A model generated the notes under the pieces. It did not search any database. It had not been told where the DNA came from and saw only the letters and a program-made list of their open reading frames with translations. From a virus, in IMG/VR virus record IMGVR_UViG_3300017917_003379: a DNA stretch of 64,000 bases. One strand, 5' to 3'. This document shows positions 29,205-39,495 of the stretch, one piece after another. Numbering within the stretch: position 1 is the first letter of the stretch; every line of letters starts with the position of its first letter. A program made the translations under genes and the position numbers.

Positions 29205-32200
29205 ATGTCAATTTTTAAAGATACATTTCACCCAAGTATAAAAGATCAATTAAAGGTTCGTCAAGACGCAATGACAAACCGTACTTCTCAAAATCTTCAA
29301 TATTTAAATTCTCGTAATGCTTGGATTAGAATATCCTCAGCAGTTAACGTGTATAAAAAAGGTATTCCTATTACATCTGCTTCCTTAGTTGATCCGGCAA
29401 GTTATGATAATACCTTAGCTAAACAGTACATCTTACAAGGAGGAACTTTATATAATGGTAATTTAAGATCAGGATTAACACCTGGCTATACTCAAGGAGG
29501 AGCATACAGTATTTCAGGATCATTAGGTGAACCTTATCGTTTAGGTATTAGACCAATGCCTGGTATAACATCAGTAGATGTTAAATCTAAAAGTGCATAC
29601 GGTTCATTAAGAGAGGCAACTGTGAATTTCCAATGTTGGGATATTAAACAACTAGAAGATTTAGAGTTACTTTATATGAGACCTGGTTATACTGTATTGT
29701 TAGAGTGGGGATGGTCTCCATATTTAAATAATAAAAATGAATATATAACTTCTGTTGATTACACTGACATTATTGATAAAACATGGGATAAAGAAGAATT
29801 ATTTAAACGCCAGTATGCTAGATCAACAGATGGAGTTTATTATAAAGATGATGGAACACAAATATCAGTAACTGGATATCAAGGTAATTCCGAATCAATG
29901 TTTGGTTATGTTAAAAATTATAGTTGGAAAGCTAGAATGGATGGTGGATATGATTGTACTGTAAATATAATTTCGATAGGTGAAGTTATAGAATCATTAA
30001 AAGTAAATTATTCTCCTTTAAATACTAAACTCCCCATAACAACTAAAGGATTATTATCTCCTAATATAGGAATAGATGCTACTGGCATGACTGAACTATC
30101 TAGTTCATATTCGCAAAATATATTAGCAGGTATATTTTATGAATTAAGAGAAATAGTACGTAAAAAAGCAGGAGGATTTGGTGCTGATTCATTAGGAGCA
30201 GCAGCAACTATTGCTACAACTCCAATAGCAGGTACTCTTGGGGGTGTTATTGCTGGAGCAATAACAGCCACTAATACTGAACAAGGTGCAGAAGACGTTA
30301 ATGGAACAAGTTATTTATTTTATGATAATCAATATAAATTTTATTATGATGTATATCGTAGAACATTAAATATAGCTGGAGGAGAACACCCAACAAGCAG
30401 AACAAACAAAATAGGAGAATCAGATGAACAGATATACATTACATTAGAAACATTAACTAATATACTTAACAATTACGTTCTATTACAAGACACCACTAAT
30501 AAAAAACCATTTGCTTCTATTTCAGTATTAGAACCACAAATTGGTCCTCCAATACAACCCGATCCTATATCAGGTTCAGGTTATTTATTAGCTCTTGCTC
30601 ATCCATTAGAAATATCAGTAGATCCTACAGTATGTCTTATCAAAAATAGATTATGGATAGATGGACTTAATATACAATTGGACCGGGATATTGATGCTAA
30701 TAGTGGTCTTCCTGTAGCTCCTCCTAGATATGGTACAGCAACAATTGATAGAAAATGGTGGGAAGATATAGCTAAATTAGTAAACGATGCTAATAATGGA
30801 AATGAACAACCCTTAATTAAAAAAGTAAGAGAAACCGTAGGAACTGGAGATCAAGCTATTGAAAATTTAAAAGAAATCCAAAGGTGGTTTACAGTTAATG
30901 AAGGTAAAATAAGAAATATCCCTGTAATAAAAGATAGAATATCAATTAATAATACAATAATTGGTAATACAACAATTGGTAGTTATGAACATTTTTACGA
31001 TCTTTTAAATGAAGGATTAACACAAAGTACTATTAATGATATTTTAGGAATAAGAAGACCTAATGAAGATGATCCCAAATATAGTGCTGCAACTAAAAAC
31101 CCATATTCACTTGATGTAGAAAGACTAGAAGAAGCAAAACAAAAATTAAAAGAATATAAAGAAAAAGGAAGTCAAGGAAGTAAATATTTAGATAATTTAA
31201 CTCGTCCTTATTTTATAGATAACGGTGATTATACTAAAGAATTAGGTATTATAGGTAACATTTATGTTAATATAAACATGTTATATAATTTAAGTGTTGA
31301 TAAAACCTTAGCTTCACAAGATAAAAAAGAAAAAAATGAAATCAACTTATATGATTTCTTAAAAAACATTCTATCTAAAATATCCACATCAATAGGAAAC
31401 GTAAATAATTTTGATATTCATGTTGACCCTAATGGAAGCACAGCAAGAATTATTGATGTTAATTATGTAGACAAAATGTCTTCAGATCAAGCCTACGATA
31501 ATGCTGTTGAATTACAAGTCCATAATTTAAATTCAATTGTAAGATCATATTCATTAGAATCAAAAATATTCCCTGAACAAGCAACACAGGTTGCCATAGG
31601 TGCTCAAGTTGGTGGAGGAGCATTAGGAATTGATAGCACAACATTAGTAGACTACAATAGACTTATACGCGACAGGATAATACCAATAAAAAACGCTCCT
31701 ACAGACCCTACAGAATCAGAAAATAAAACTACTTTAAGTACATTAACTAATGCTTTGAGTACATTAATTCCCTTCTTTGATGAATCTATACCTGGAAGTG
31801 CTTTGGGGGTAAACCTAACTGATGGAACATATAATGTAGATGAAACCGGAAAATATACTGGAGCATTAAGAGATATTATACAATTCTTTACTAGTATAAG
31901 TAAATCTAAAATTAGAGGAAAAGCCATAATTCCTACAACATTATCTCTTGAAATGGATGGTATTGGAGGAATAATAATAGGAAATATATTCAAAATTAAT
32001 ACAGACATATTGCCTAGAGGATATAAAGATATAGATGGGGTTAGATTAGGTTATGTAGTAACAGGAATAGGACATTCTTTAAATAATAATGATTGGGTAA
32101 CAAAACTAGATTCTCAATTTATTTTATTAGATGAACCTATACAAGGAAAAACAATTAATTTTGGTAAAGATCTAATTTTAAATGTCACACCAGGAACAGG

Positions 32201-32720
32201 TGGAGAATTAACAGTCAATAATGTTGTAAGAGCATATAGTGGGAATTATAACACTAATTTTGTATCTGATAACTTAACTGCTAAAAAAGCAGCTGAAACT
32301 TATATAGGTAGAGTATTATCTGATCAAGAATGGAATGAATTAGTAGCAGCAACATTTGCTGAAGCAAGTGCTAACCAAGAAGAAAGAGCACATGTTATGG
32401 GAGTAATATTAAATAGAGCTCGCATACGAAAGAAAACTATTAGTTTCATACTTAGAGAACGTAATCAGTTTCAAGCTGTTACTGGTACTTCTAACAATGG
32501 AAGATCTCCAAGTTTAAATTATGTAAATGGCCCTGATAAAAAATCAGCAAATTCTATTTACACTGCTACTATTAATATATTAAATAGAGTCCCTAAAAAC
32601 TATACAAAATTTACTTCTAATAACCCAAAAGCTTATAAAGAACCAGGTACTAATATAGGTTACTTAGATGAACTTAAAAAAACAGGTAAAGTAATAGGAC
32701 AAACTATATTTTCAAGTTAA
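29205..32720 (+). CDS. Baseplate hub protein fused to a SleB/Hydrolase_2-like cell-wall hydrolase
   Basis: PMPGITS, MRPGYTVLLEWGW, LEMDGIGGI, H..W.T hub motifs. C-terminal ATFAEA..VILNR..NQF..IGQTIF. Confidence 0.7.
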   Translation: MSIFKDTFHPSIKDQLKVRQDAMTNRTSQNLQYLNSRNAWIRISSAVNVYKKGIPITSASLVDPASYDNTLAKQYILQGGTLYNGNLRSGLTPGYTQGGAYSISGSLGEPYRLGIRPMPGITSVDVKSKSAYGSLREATVNFQCWDIKQLEDLELLYMRPGYTVLLEWGWSPYLNNKNEYITSVDYTDIIDKTWDKEELFKRQYARSTDGVYYKDDGTQISVTGYQGNSESMFGYVKNYSWKARMDGGYDCTVNIISIGEVIESLKVNYSPLNTKLPITTKGLLSPNIGIDATGMTELSSSYSQNILAGIFYELREIVRKKAGGFGADSLGAAATIATTPIAGTLGGVIAGAITATNTEQGAEDVNGTSYLFYDNQYKFYYDVYRRTLNIAGGEHPTSRTNKIGESDEQIYITLETLTNILNNYVLLQDTTNKKPFASISVLEPQIGPPIQPDPISGSGYLLALAHPLEISVDPTVCLIKNRLWIDGLNIQLDRDIDANSGLPVAPPRYGTATIDRKWWEDIAKLVNDANNGNEQPLIKKVRETVGTGDQAIENLKEIQRWFTVNEGKIRNIPVIKDRISINNTIIGNTTIGSYEHFYDLLNEGLTQSTINDILGIRRPNEDDPKYSAATKNPYSLDVERLEEAKQKLKEYKEKGSQGSKYLDNLTRPYFIDNGDYTKELGIIGNIYVNINMLYNLSVDKTLASQDKKEKNEINLYDFLKNILSKISTSIGNVNNFDIHVDPNGSTARIIDVNYVDKMSSDQAYDNAVELQVHNLNSIVRSYSLESKIFPEQATQVAIGAQVGGGALGIDSTTLVDYNRLIRDRIIPIKNAPTDPTESENKTTLSTLTNALSTLIPFFDESIPGSALGVNLTDGTYNVDETGKYTGALRDIIQFFTSISKSKIRGKAIIPTTLSLEMDGIGGIIIGNIFKINTDILPRGYKDIDGVRLGYVVTGIGHSLNNNDWVTKLDSQFILLDEPIQGKTINFGKDLILNVTPGTGGELTVNNVVRAYSGNYNTNFVSDNLTAKKAAETYIGRVLSDQEWNELVAATFAEASANQEERAHVMGVILNRARIRKKTISFILRERNQFQAVTGTSNNGRSPSLNYVNGPDKKSANSIYTATINILNRVPKNYTKFTSNNPKAYKEPGTNIGYLDELKKTGKVIGQTIFSS

Positions 32721-32731
32721 TATATATTAAT

Positions 32732-33232
32732 ATGGGATTAAGAATACCACAAAACCAAATAATAAAGAGCCAATATACTGCGGGAGGAGAGTATATGTTT
32801 GCTAATACCCAAAATGAATATCAAGGATACTATTATGAACTTAATGGGAAAAAATTTGCCGGTAAAGAATTTAACATTAATAACCCTGAAATAATAAGAA
32901 TAAACCCTAATAATTATAATAAACTATTAGGAAATGCATCTACTTATGTATATGGAACATTATCTAGAATAAAAATATCAGGTACTGATAGAATATTTTC
33001 TCTTCCTGTTAATAATTCTAATGCAACTTTAAACACTAAAGTTGATTTTTATTGTTGTAAAATAAATCAAAATCCCCTTATTATAAAAGCAATAAATGAA
33101 GAAACTTACATTTCACTTCAAAAAAACACACTATATAAAACAACATATGTAGGAACCTATAATAATATATATCAATCACTAGAAGATGCAGAAAAACAAA
33201 TTCCAGGCATGATATCTTTTCTAAGTTTATAG
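32732..33232 (+). CDS. Baseplate-module hypothetical protein
   Basis: YTAGGEYM..EYQGYYY N-terminus. Last gene of the structural block. Confidence 0.5.
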   Translation: MGLRIPQNQIIKSQYTAGGEYMFANTQNEYQGYYYELNGKKFAGKEFNINNPEIIRINPNNYNKLLGNASTYVYGTLSRIKISGTDRIFSLPVNNSNATLNTKVDFYCCKINQNPLIIKAINEETYISLQKNTLYKTTYVGTYNNIYQSLEDAEKQIPGMISFLSL

Positions 33233-33256
33233 GTCAAAATATTTTTATTATATTTA
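33226..33256 (+). promoter_or_regulatory. Bacteroidota-like -33/-7 promoter with a CAAAA spacer element (representative of about 9 copies)
   Basis: TTT(G/A)-N19-20-TAnnTT pattern with G(T/G)CAAAA-like element 15-17 nt before the -7 box. Also at ~35020, 43047, 45567, 46748, 49191, 51147, 54333 and 58198. Confidence 0.6.
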
Positions 33257-33276
33257 TCTTATAAAGGTTATAAAAT

Positions 33277-34578
33277 ATGTTTTATGTAATTGAAAAACAA
33301 GAACAGTTATCACAACTGGGTTCTTTTAAGGATTGTTTTATTCGTTTTATTTCTCAAAATAATAATTTTCACCCTTATTTAAGTTTTCTTAGTTTAATTT
33401 ATATTCGTGATTTAAATGATCATAAAGGATACATTCTGTGTTTAGATCACAATGAATCATTTTCATTAGATAAACAACAAGTATTTGATTGGATTAATAA
33501 CAACACAGATAAACTGTGGGTGTTAAATAAAAAAGAAGCCATGTATTGGTTTTCTAATGAAAATAAATTATATGATATTAATTTTATTGAACAACCCAAT
33601 TTAAATGAAGCTTTAGATATACCTGCTATATCATTTTATTATAAACATCATATTAACAATCCAATAGTAAATAAACTAATTCCAATTAGTAAACATTATG
33701 AAGAAAGCGAAAACATATTTAACATTGTATTACCCATAATACAAAAGTACCGAGCAAATAACGTTATTTATGCATTTAATAACGGTCCTTTAACACGAGT
33801 TTTCCACGCAATTGAATCAAATGGTATTAAAGTAGACAAACAATGTTTTATTGATTGTTATGCTAATGAAATAAGATATCCTGAATTTAATCTTAAAAAA
33901 GGTAAAATATATAGTCAATATAATTTATACAACATAACTGGTAGACCTTCAAATACTTACAATAGCATTAATTTTGCAGCATTGAATAAGAATAATGGTG
34001 AAAGATTATGCTATAGACCAAATAATGAATCTTTCATAGAAATAGATATCCAGGGTTATCATCCCCGATTAATTGGTGAATTAGTTAATTTTAATTTTCC
34101 TAAAGATATAAATTGTTATGAATATTTAGGTAAATTATTAAATGTATCGCAACAAGAAGCTAAAGAATTAACTTTTAAACAACTATATGGTGGTGTTTGG
34201 AATGAATATAAAAATAAACCGTTTTTCAGAGATGTAGCAATGTATGTTGATGATTTATGGGATACTTTTCAACATCAAGGTTATATTGATACACAAAATA
34301 GACATTTTAAATGTTCTGAATTGCATGATATGACACCTGCTAAATTGTTAAATTATGTTATTCAAAGTTATGAAACTTCAAAAAATATTATAATAATTGA
34401 TAAAATATTGGATTTATTAAAAAATAAACAAACAAAATTAATATTATATACGTACGATGCATTTCTGTTTGATTATGCTAATAAAGATAAAAATATACTA
34501 CATCAAATACAAAACATCATACATTACCCAGTAAATATTAAACAAGGTACATCTTATCATGGTTTGAAAAAAATTTAA
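33277..34578 (+). CDS. Divergent family A DNA polymerase-fold protein
   Basis: TGRPS, motif A EIDIQGYHPRL, motif B AKELTFKQLYGG, NYVIQS, motif C YTYDAFLFD. Only 433 aa. Confidence 0.75.
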   Translation: MFYVIEKQEQLSQLGSFKDCFIRFISQNNNFHPYLSFLSLIYIRDLNDHKGYILCLDHNESFSLDKQQVFDWINNNTDKLWVLNKKEAMYWFSNENKLYDINFIEQPNLNEALDIPAISFYYKHHINNPIVNKLIPISKHYEESENIFNIVLPIIQKYRANNVIYAFNNGPLTRVFHAIESNGIKVDKQCFIDCYANEIRYPEFNLKKGKIYSQYNLYNITGRPSNTYNSINFAALNKNNGERLCYRPNNESFIEIDIQGYHPRLIGELVNFNFPKDINCYEYLGKLLNVSQQEAKELTFKQLYGGVWNEYKNKPFFRDVAMYVDDLWDTFQHQGYIDTQNRHFKCSELHDMTPAKLLNYVIQSYETSKNIIIIDKILDLLKNKQTKLILYTYDAFLFDYANKDKNILHQIQNIIHYPVNIKQGTSYHGLKKI

Positions 34579-34584
34579 ATATTT

Positions 34585-35007
34585 ATGGCTGAACTACTAA
34601 ATGACTTTTTAGACTTGAACAAACTATTTGCTACATTTACATCTCCTACTATGTTAGAAGAAACAGTAGTAGCCATTAATCGTAAATATTCAATATTATT
34701 CAATAAGATATTTATATTAGAATCACCACAAAGTGATGAACTAATATGCACCTATAATATTGACACAGGTAATATGGTTGCATCTCCTATGGCTAATACT
34801 ATATTATTACATCGTAAAAAAGACAGTAACACATTGTATACTATTAATGCATTAAACACATTAATTAAATCATTAAATAATGGTGTGTTAAATAAAAATT
34901 ATATAGTAAACTGGAATGATTATAAAAATTGTATATTATTAACCAGTGGTCCTGAGTTGCGCCGTTTGGATACAGCAATACATAAAATTATAGACTTTTC
35001 AAGATAA
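34585..35007 (+). CDS. Hypothetical protein
   Basis: NKLFATF, CTYNID, HRKKDSNTLYTINALN. Lies between the PolA-like gene and SSB. Confidence 0.6.
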   Translation: MAELLNDFLDLNKLFATFTSPTMLEETVVAINRKYSILFNKIFILESPQSDELICTYNIDTGNMVASPMANTILLHRKKDSNTLYTINALNTLIKSLNNGVLNKNYIVNWNDYKNCILLTSGPELRRLDTAIHKIIDFSR

Positions 35008-35096
35008 CTTAAAATAAGTTTTGCTTCTCAAGAAAAGAATCATAGATTCACAATTATTATTATAATCATAGATTAACAATTTAAAACTCAATTATT

Positions 35097-35912
35097 ATGG
35101 ATCTTTCATTGATCAAACAGAAACTGGCTATGAGCCAAAACAAAGGTGTTAAACGCGAAAAAGTAGATTACTCTAAAATTTTCTGGAAACCTAAACCTGG
35201 AAAATACCAAATTCGCATTCTTCCTTCAAAATTCGACAAAGCAAACCCATTCCGTGAAGTTTATTTCCATTACGGTTTCTCTAAGGGCCCAATTCTTGCT
35301 CTTACTAACTGGAATGAAAAAGACCCAATTGTAGAGTTTGCAAAAAATCTTCGTAAATCTTCAGATAAAGAAGATTGGCAGTTAGCTAAAAAAATTGAAC
35401 CTAAACTTCGCTATTTTGTTCCTGTATTAGTACGTGGTGAAGAATCACAAGGTGCTCGTTTATGGGAATTTGGTAAGCTAATTTATGAACAATTGTTAGG
35501 TATTGCTGCTGATGAAGATTATGGTGACTTTACAGACATTACTGATGGTCGTGATTTTACAATCGATGCTGTTGAAGATACAGTAGCAGGTAGAAAAGGA
35601 ATCAAATGTAATATTCGTATTAAACCAAAAACATCCCCTGTTTCCGAAGATGCTAGTTTAGTAACTAAAGCTCTAGAAGAACAACCCGACATTCTTACTA
35701 TTAATAAACATTATTCATTTGATGAATTAAAAGATTTATTAGATAAGTGGTTAAATCCTGAAGATGATACTGAAGAACCAATTGCATCTAAAGATGAAGA
35801 TGAAGAAGATGATTTCTTAGCTGACATCAATAAACCAGTAAAACAAACTTATAAACTTGATACATCTGCAGCTAAAACATCTGATGCTGATAAGTTTGAT
35901 GATTTATTCTAA
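35097..35912 (+). CDS. Single-stranded DNA-binding protein (gp32-like)
   Basis: FWKP..IRILP, LWEFGK, DITDGRDF. Acidic tail ending FDDLF. Confidence 0.8.
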   Translation: MDLSLIKQKLAMSQNKGVKREKVDYSKIFWKPKPGKYQIRILPSKFDKANPFREVYFHYGFSKGPILALTNWNEKDPIVEFAKNLRKSSDKEDWQLAKKIEPKLRYFVPVLVRGEESQGARLWEFGKLIYEQLLGIAADEDYGDFTDITDGRDFTIDAVEDTVAGRKGIKCNIRIKPKTSPVSEDASLVTKALEEQPDILTINKHYSFDELKDLLDKWLNPEDDTEEPIASKDEDEEDDFLADINKPVKQTYKLDTSAAKTSDADKFDDLF

Positions 35913-35928
35913 TAAATAAAATTAGTTT

Positions 35929-37032
35929 ATGGCGAAAAAAAATTCACTTAGTGAGGTAGTAAGTTCCTCATTAAAAGGGGGATTTGATTTAGATAAGTTT
36001 AAAAAATCTAAATTTCTAGATCAATCTTCTAAATTTAAAAAACAACGTTGGTTACCATTTTCACCAGCAATGCGCGATGCTCTTTCTATTCCTGGTGTTC
36101 CTCTAGGACATGTATTTGTAGCTCGTGGTGGTTCTGATACAGGTAAAACTACATTATTGATTGAAACAGCAGTAGAAGCCCAGAAAATGGGCATTCTACC
36201 TGTATTCATTATCACTGAAATGAAATGGGACTTTGCTCATGCTCAGAAAATGGGTTTTCAATGCGATGCAGTTCCAGATGAAAATACAGGAGAAGTAGTA
36301 AATTATACTGGTTTCTTCATTTATGCTGATAGAAGCAGTCTAAATACAATTGAAGATGTATCTGCGTTCATTGCTGATTTATTAAGCGAACAGAAAGCTG
36401 GTAAACTTCCTTTTGACTTATTGTTCCTTTGGGATTCTATTGGTTCTATACCATGTGAAATGAGTGTAAAACAAGGAAATAATAACCCAATGTGGAATGC
36501 TGGAGCAATGGCAACCCAATTTGGTAACTTTATCAATCAACAATTTCCTCTATCACGTAAAGAAACATCACCTTACACTAATACATTGTTTGTAATTAAC
36601 AAAACCGGTGTACAACCAGCATTAACTCCTATGAGTCAACCTCGTATGACTAATAAAGGTGGTAATACTATGTATTGGGATGCTACAATAGTAGCTACAT
36701 TTGGTAATGTAACTAATAGTGGTACTAGTAAAATTAGTGTACAACATAAGGGTAAAAAGGTTGAATTTGCTAAACGCACTAAGATTGCCATTGATAAAAT
36801 ACATGCCGATTATGGTATTGCTACTACATCAACAGTAATTGTTACACCTCATGGTTTCATTCCAGATACACCTGAAGCTATTAAAGAGTACAAGAAGAAA
36901 TATGCTCATGAATGGTTTAATGAACAAGTAGATGTAGCTGACTTAGTACAAATTGAAGACAATTCAGAATGGGAAGAAAGTAGTAAAATATCACCAATAG
37001 TAGAAATCGATAATGAAGGAAATGAAGAATAA
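35929..37032 (+). CDS. uvsX: RecA/UvsX-like recombinase
   Basis: GVPLG, Walker A GGSDTGKT, Walker B FLWDSIG, KGG. Acidic tail. Confidence 0.8.
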   Translation: MAKKNSLSEVVSSSLKGGFDLDKFKKSKFLDQSSKFKKQRWLPFSPAMRDALSIPGVPLGHVFVARGGSDTGKTTLLIETAVEAQKMGILPVFIITEMKWDFAHAQKMGFQCDAVPDENTGEVVNYTGFFIYADRSSLNTIEDVSAFIADLLSEQKAGKLPFDLLFLWDSIGSIPCEMSVKQGNNNPMWNAGAMATQFGNFINQQFPLSRKETSPYTNTLFVINKTGVQPALTPMSQPRMTNKGGNTMYWDATIVATFGNVTNSGTSKISVQHKGKKVEFAKRTKIAIDKIHADYGIATTSTVIVTPHGFIPDTPEAIKEYKKKYAHEWFNEQVDVADLVQIEDNSEWEESSKISPIVEIDNEGNEE

Positions 37033-38047
37033 ATACGCCTATCTATTATCTAAAGTCAACAATGATCAGCGTGGAGTCTTAGACTCCATTCTGATCATTG
37101 ACGGCTTAAATACATTTTTAAGGAGTTTCACAATGATTAATCATATTAATCCTGATGGAGCTCATATAGGTGGACTTACTGGTTTCCTTAAATCAGTTGG
37201 ATATGCTATTAAAATGATAGAACCAACTAAAGTAGTTATTGTATTTGATGGAGCAGGAGGATCAAACGCTAAGCGAAATTTATATCCTGAATATAAAGCA
37301 AATAGAAATAAAAGTCGTATGACTAACTATTCTATATTCAGCTCTAAAGATGAAGAAAACGAATCCATCAACAACCAAATGGCAAGGCTAATTCAATATC
37401 TTCAATGTATGCCCGTATCAATGATATGCGTAGATGGAATTGAAGCTGATGATGTTATAGGTTATCTAACAAATAAGTTAGAAAATTTTAAGACTACTAA
37501 GAAAGTCACTATAATGTCTGCAGACAAGGATTTCCTTCAGTTAGTATCTGATAAAGTTCAAGTATATTCTCCTGTCAAAAAGAAAATATACACACCAAAT
37601 GATGTACTAAATGAATTCGGAGTAAGCAGCAATAATTTTATTATATATAAAACATTAATGGGGGACAGTTCAGATAATTTGCCTGGAGTAAACGGTTTAG
37701 GGCCTAAAAAACTACTCAAATTATTCCCAACATTATCAACAAACACTCCTATAAGCTTATCCGATATAATTGCAAAATCAGAAAATAAAAAATCAGAACA
37801 TGATTTATATGCTCGCATAATTGAAAGAAAACAGCAATTAATAATTAATGATAAATTAATGAATTTAAAAAATATGCCTCTATCTGATGAGAATATGGAA
37901 CAAATTCAAAATGGTTTTAAAAATAGTTATGAGTTGAATTCATATGTGTTTATGCAAATGTATATCAATGACCATTTAGGTGAATCCATACCTAACACAC
38001 CAACATGGATAAATCAAGTTTTTGGACCTTTAAGTACTTTTAAGTAA
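37022..38047 (+). CDS. 5'-3' exonuclease / flap nuclease (T4 RNase H-like)
   Basis: IIDGLN, VFDG, YKANR, EADDVI, SADKDFLQL, GDSSDNLPGV..GPK. Confidence 0.92.
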   Translation: MKNKYAYLLSKVNNDQRGVLDSILIIDGLNTFLRSFTMINHINPDGAHIGGLTGFLKSVGYAIKMIEPTKVVIVFDGAGGSNAKRNLYPEYKANRNKSRMTNYSIFSSKDEENESINNQMARLIQYLQCMPVSMICVDGIEADDVIGYLTNKLENFKTTKKVTIMSADKDFLQLVSDKVQVYSPVKKKIYTPNDVLNEFGVSSNNFIIYKTLMGDSSDNLPGVNGLGPKKLLKLFPTLSTNTPISLSDIIAKSENKKSEHDLYARIIERKQQLIINDKLMNLKNMPLSDENMEQIQNGFKNSYELNSYVFMQMYINDHLGESIPNTPTWINQVFGPLSTFK

Positions 38048-38069
38048 ATTTATAAAAAAGGAGGATAAA

Positions 38070-39458
38070 TTGACTACTCTCTCAAAACTAAACGCATACG
38101 GCAATGCGTTTCAGGTTAAGGTATTAGGAGCATTATTAACACAACGTGAATTTCTTCTTAATATAGTAGATTCATTAGATAGTGAATACTTTGAATCTAG
38201 TGCTCATAAATGGGTAGTAGACTATATCATAAAATATTTCACTCAGTATCATACCTACCCTACTATTGAAACATTATCTATTGAAATTAAAAAAATTGAA
38301 AATGAAGTATTAAAAATATCTCTTACTGATGCTCTTCGTGAAGCATATAAGACTGCAGATGCAAGTGATCTAGAATGGGTTGAAAGAGAATTTAGTGATT
38401 TCTGTCGTAACCAACAGATGAAAAAAGCCATTATGACTTCAGTTGATCTACTTAATGTAGGTGATTATGATGGTATCCGTTCATTGATTAATGATGCAAT
38501 GAAAGCAGGTGAAGATAAAAATGTTGGTTTAGATTATAACGTAGATATCGAAACAAGATACCGTGATGATGATCGTCGTACTATTCCATTTCCTTGGAAA
38601 ACATTTAATGATCTTACACAAGGGGGATATGGTAAAGGTGATTTAGTATTATTGTTTGGAAATCCTGGCGGTGGTAAATCATGGGGAGTAATGGCTATGG
38701 GAGCATATGCTGCTGCTCTAGGATATAATGTAGTACATTACACATTAGAACTAGCAGAAGGATATGTAGGTAAACGATATGATGCTATTTTCTCAGGAAT
38801 AGATGTTGATAAATTAAAAGACCATCGTATTGAAGTAGAAGAAGCAGTTGCTAAAATAAAAGGTAAAATTGTAATTAAAGAATATCCTCCAAAACGAGCA
38901 TCTTTAGATACAATCGAATCTCATTTACAACAATTACAACATCAAAATGAATTCAAACCAGATTTAATTATAATTGATTATTTAGATCTATTACGTACTA
39001 AAGGTAGAAAAGAACGTAAAGATGAAATTGATGATGTTTACACTGATGCTAAGGGATTAGCTAAAGAATTAGGTATTCCTATTGTTTCTCCTTCACAAGC
39101 TAATAGAACAGGTGCTGATGAAGATATTTTACAAGCTAAAAATGCAGCTGGTTCATATGATAAAATTATGATTGGTGATATCATTATATCATTAGCTCGT
39201 GGACGTAAAGATAAAGTAAATGGAACGGGCAATTGGCATTTTATTAAAAACAGATATGGAGCTGATGGGCTAACATTTGGTTCTAAAATCAACACAGCAA
39301 ACGGATATATAGACATATATGAACAACCATTAGATGATGAAGCATTTGAAACCTCTACAAAAGGTAAAAATAAAAAAATAAATGACTACTCAGAAATAGG
39401 AGTAGAAGATAAATATATTCTTAGAAACAAATTTGCAAAATTTGAAGAGGGATCGTAA
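38070..39458 (+). CDS. Replicative DnaB-family helicase (gp41-like)
   Basis: GNPGGGKS, TLEL, IIDYLD, SQANR, KNRYG. Confidence 0.92.
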   Translation: MTTLSKLNAYGNAFQVKVLGALLTQREFLLNIVDSLDSEYFESSAHKWVVDYIIKYFTQYHTYPTIETLSIEIKKIENEVLKISLTDALREAYKTADASDLEWVEREFSDFCRNQQMKKAIMTSVDLLNVGDYDGIRSLINDAMKAGEDKNVGLDYNVDIETRYRDDDRRTIPFPWKTFNDLTQGGYGKGDLVLLFGNPGGGKSWGVMAMGAYAAALGYNVVHYTLELAEGYVGKRYDAIFSGIDVDKLKDHRIEVEEAVAKIKGKIVIKEYPPKRASLDTIESHLQQLQHQNEFKPDLIIIDYLDLLRTKGRKERKDEIDDVYTDAKGLAKELGIPIVSPSQANRTGADEDILQAKNAAGSYDKIMIGDIIISLARGRKDKVNGTGNWHFIKNRYGADGLTFGSKINTANGYIDIYEQPLDDEAFETSTKGKNKKINDYSEIGVEDKYILRNKFAKFEEGS

Positions 39459-39495
39459 ATTTCACCATATTTATAAATACAAAAATAAATAAATT

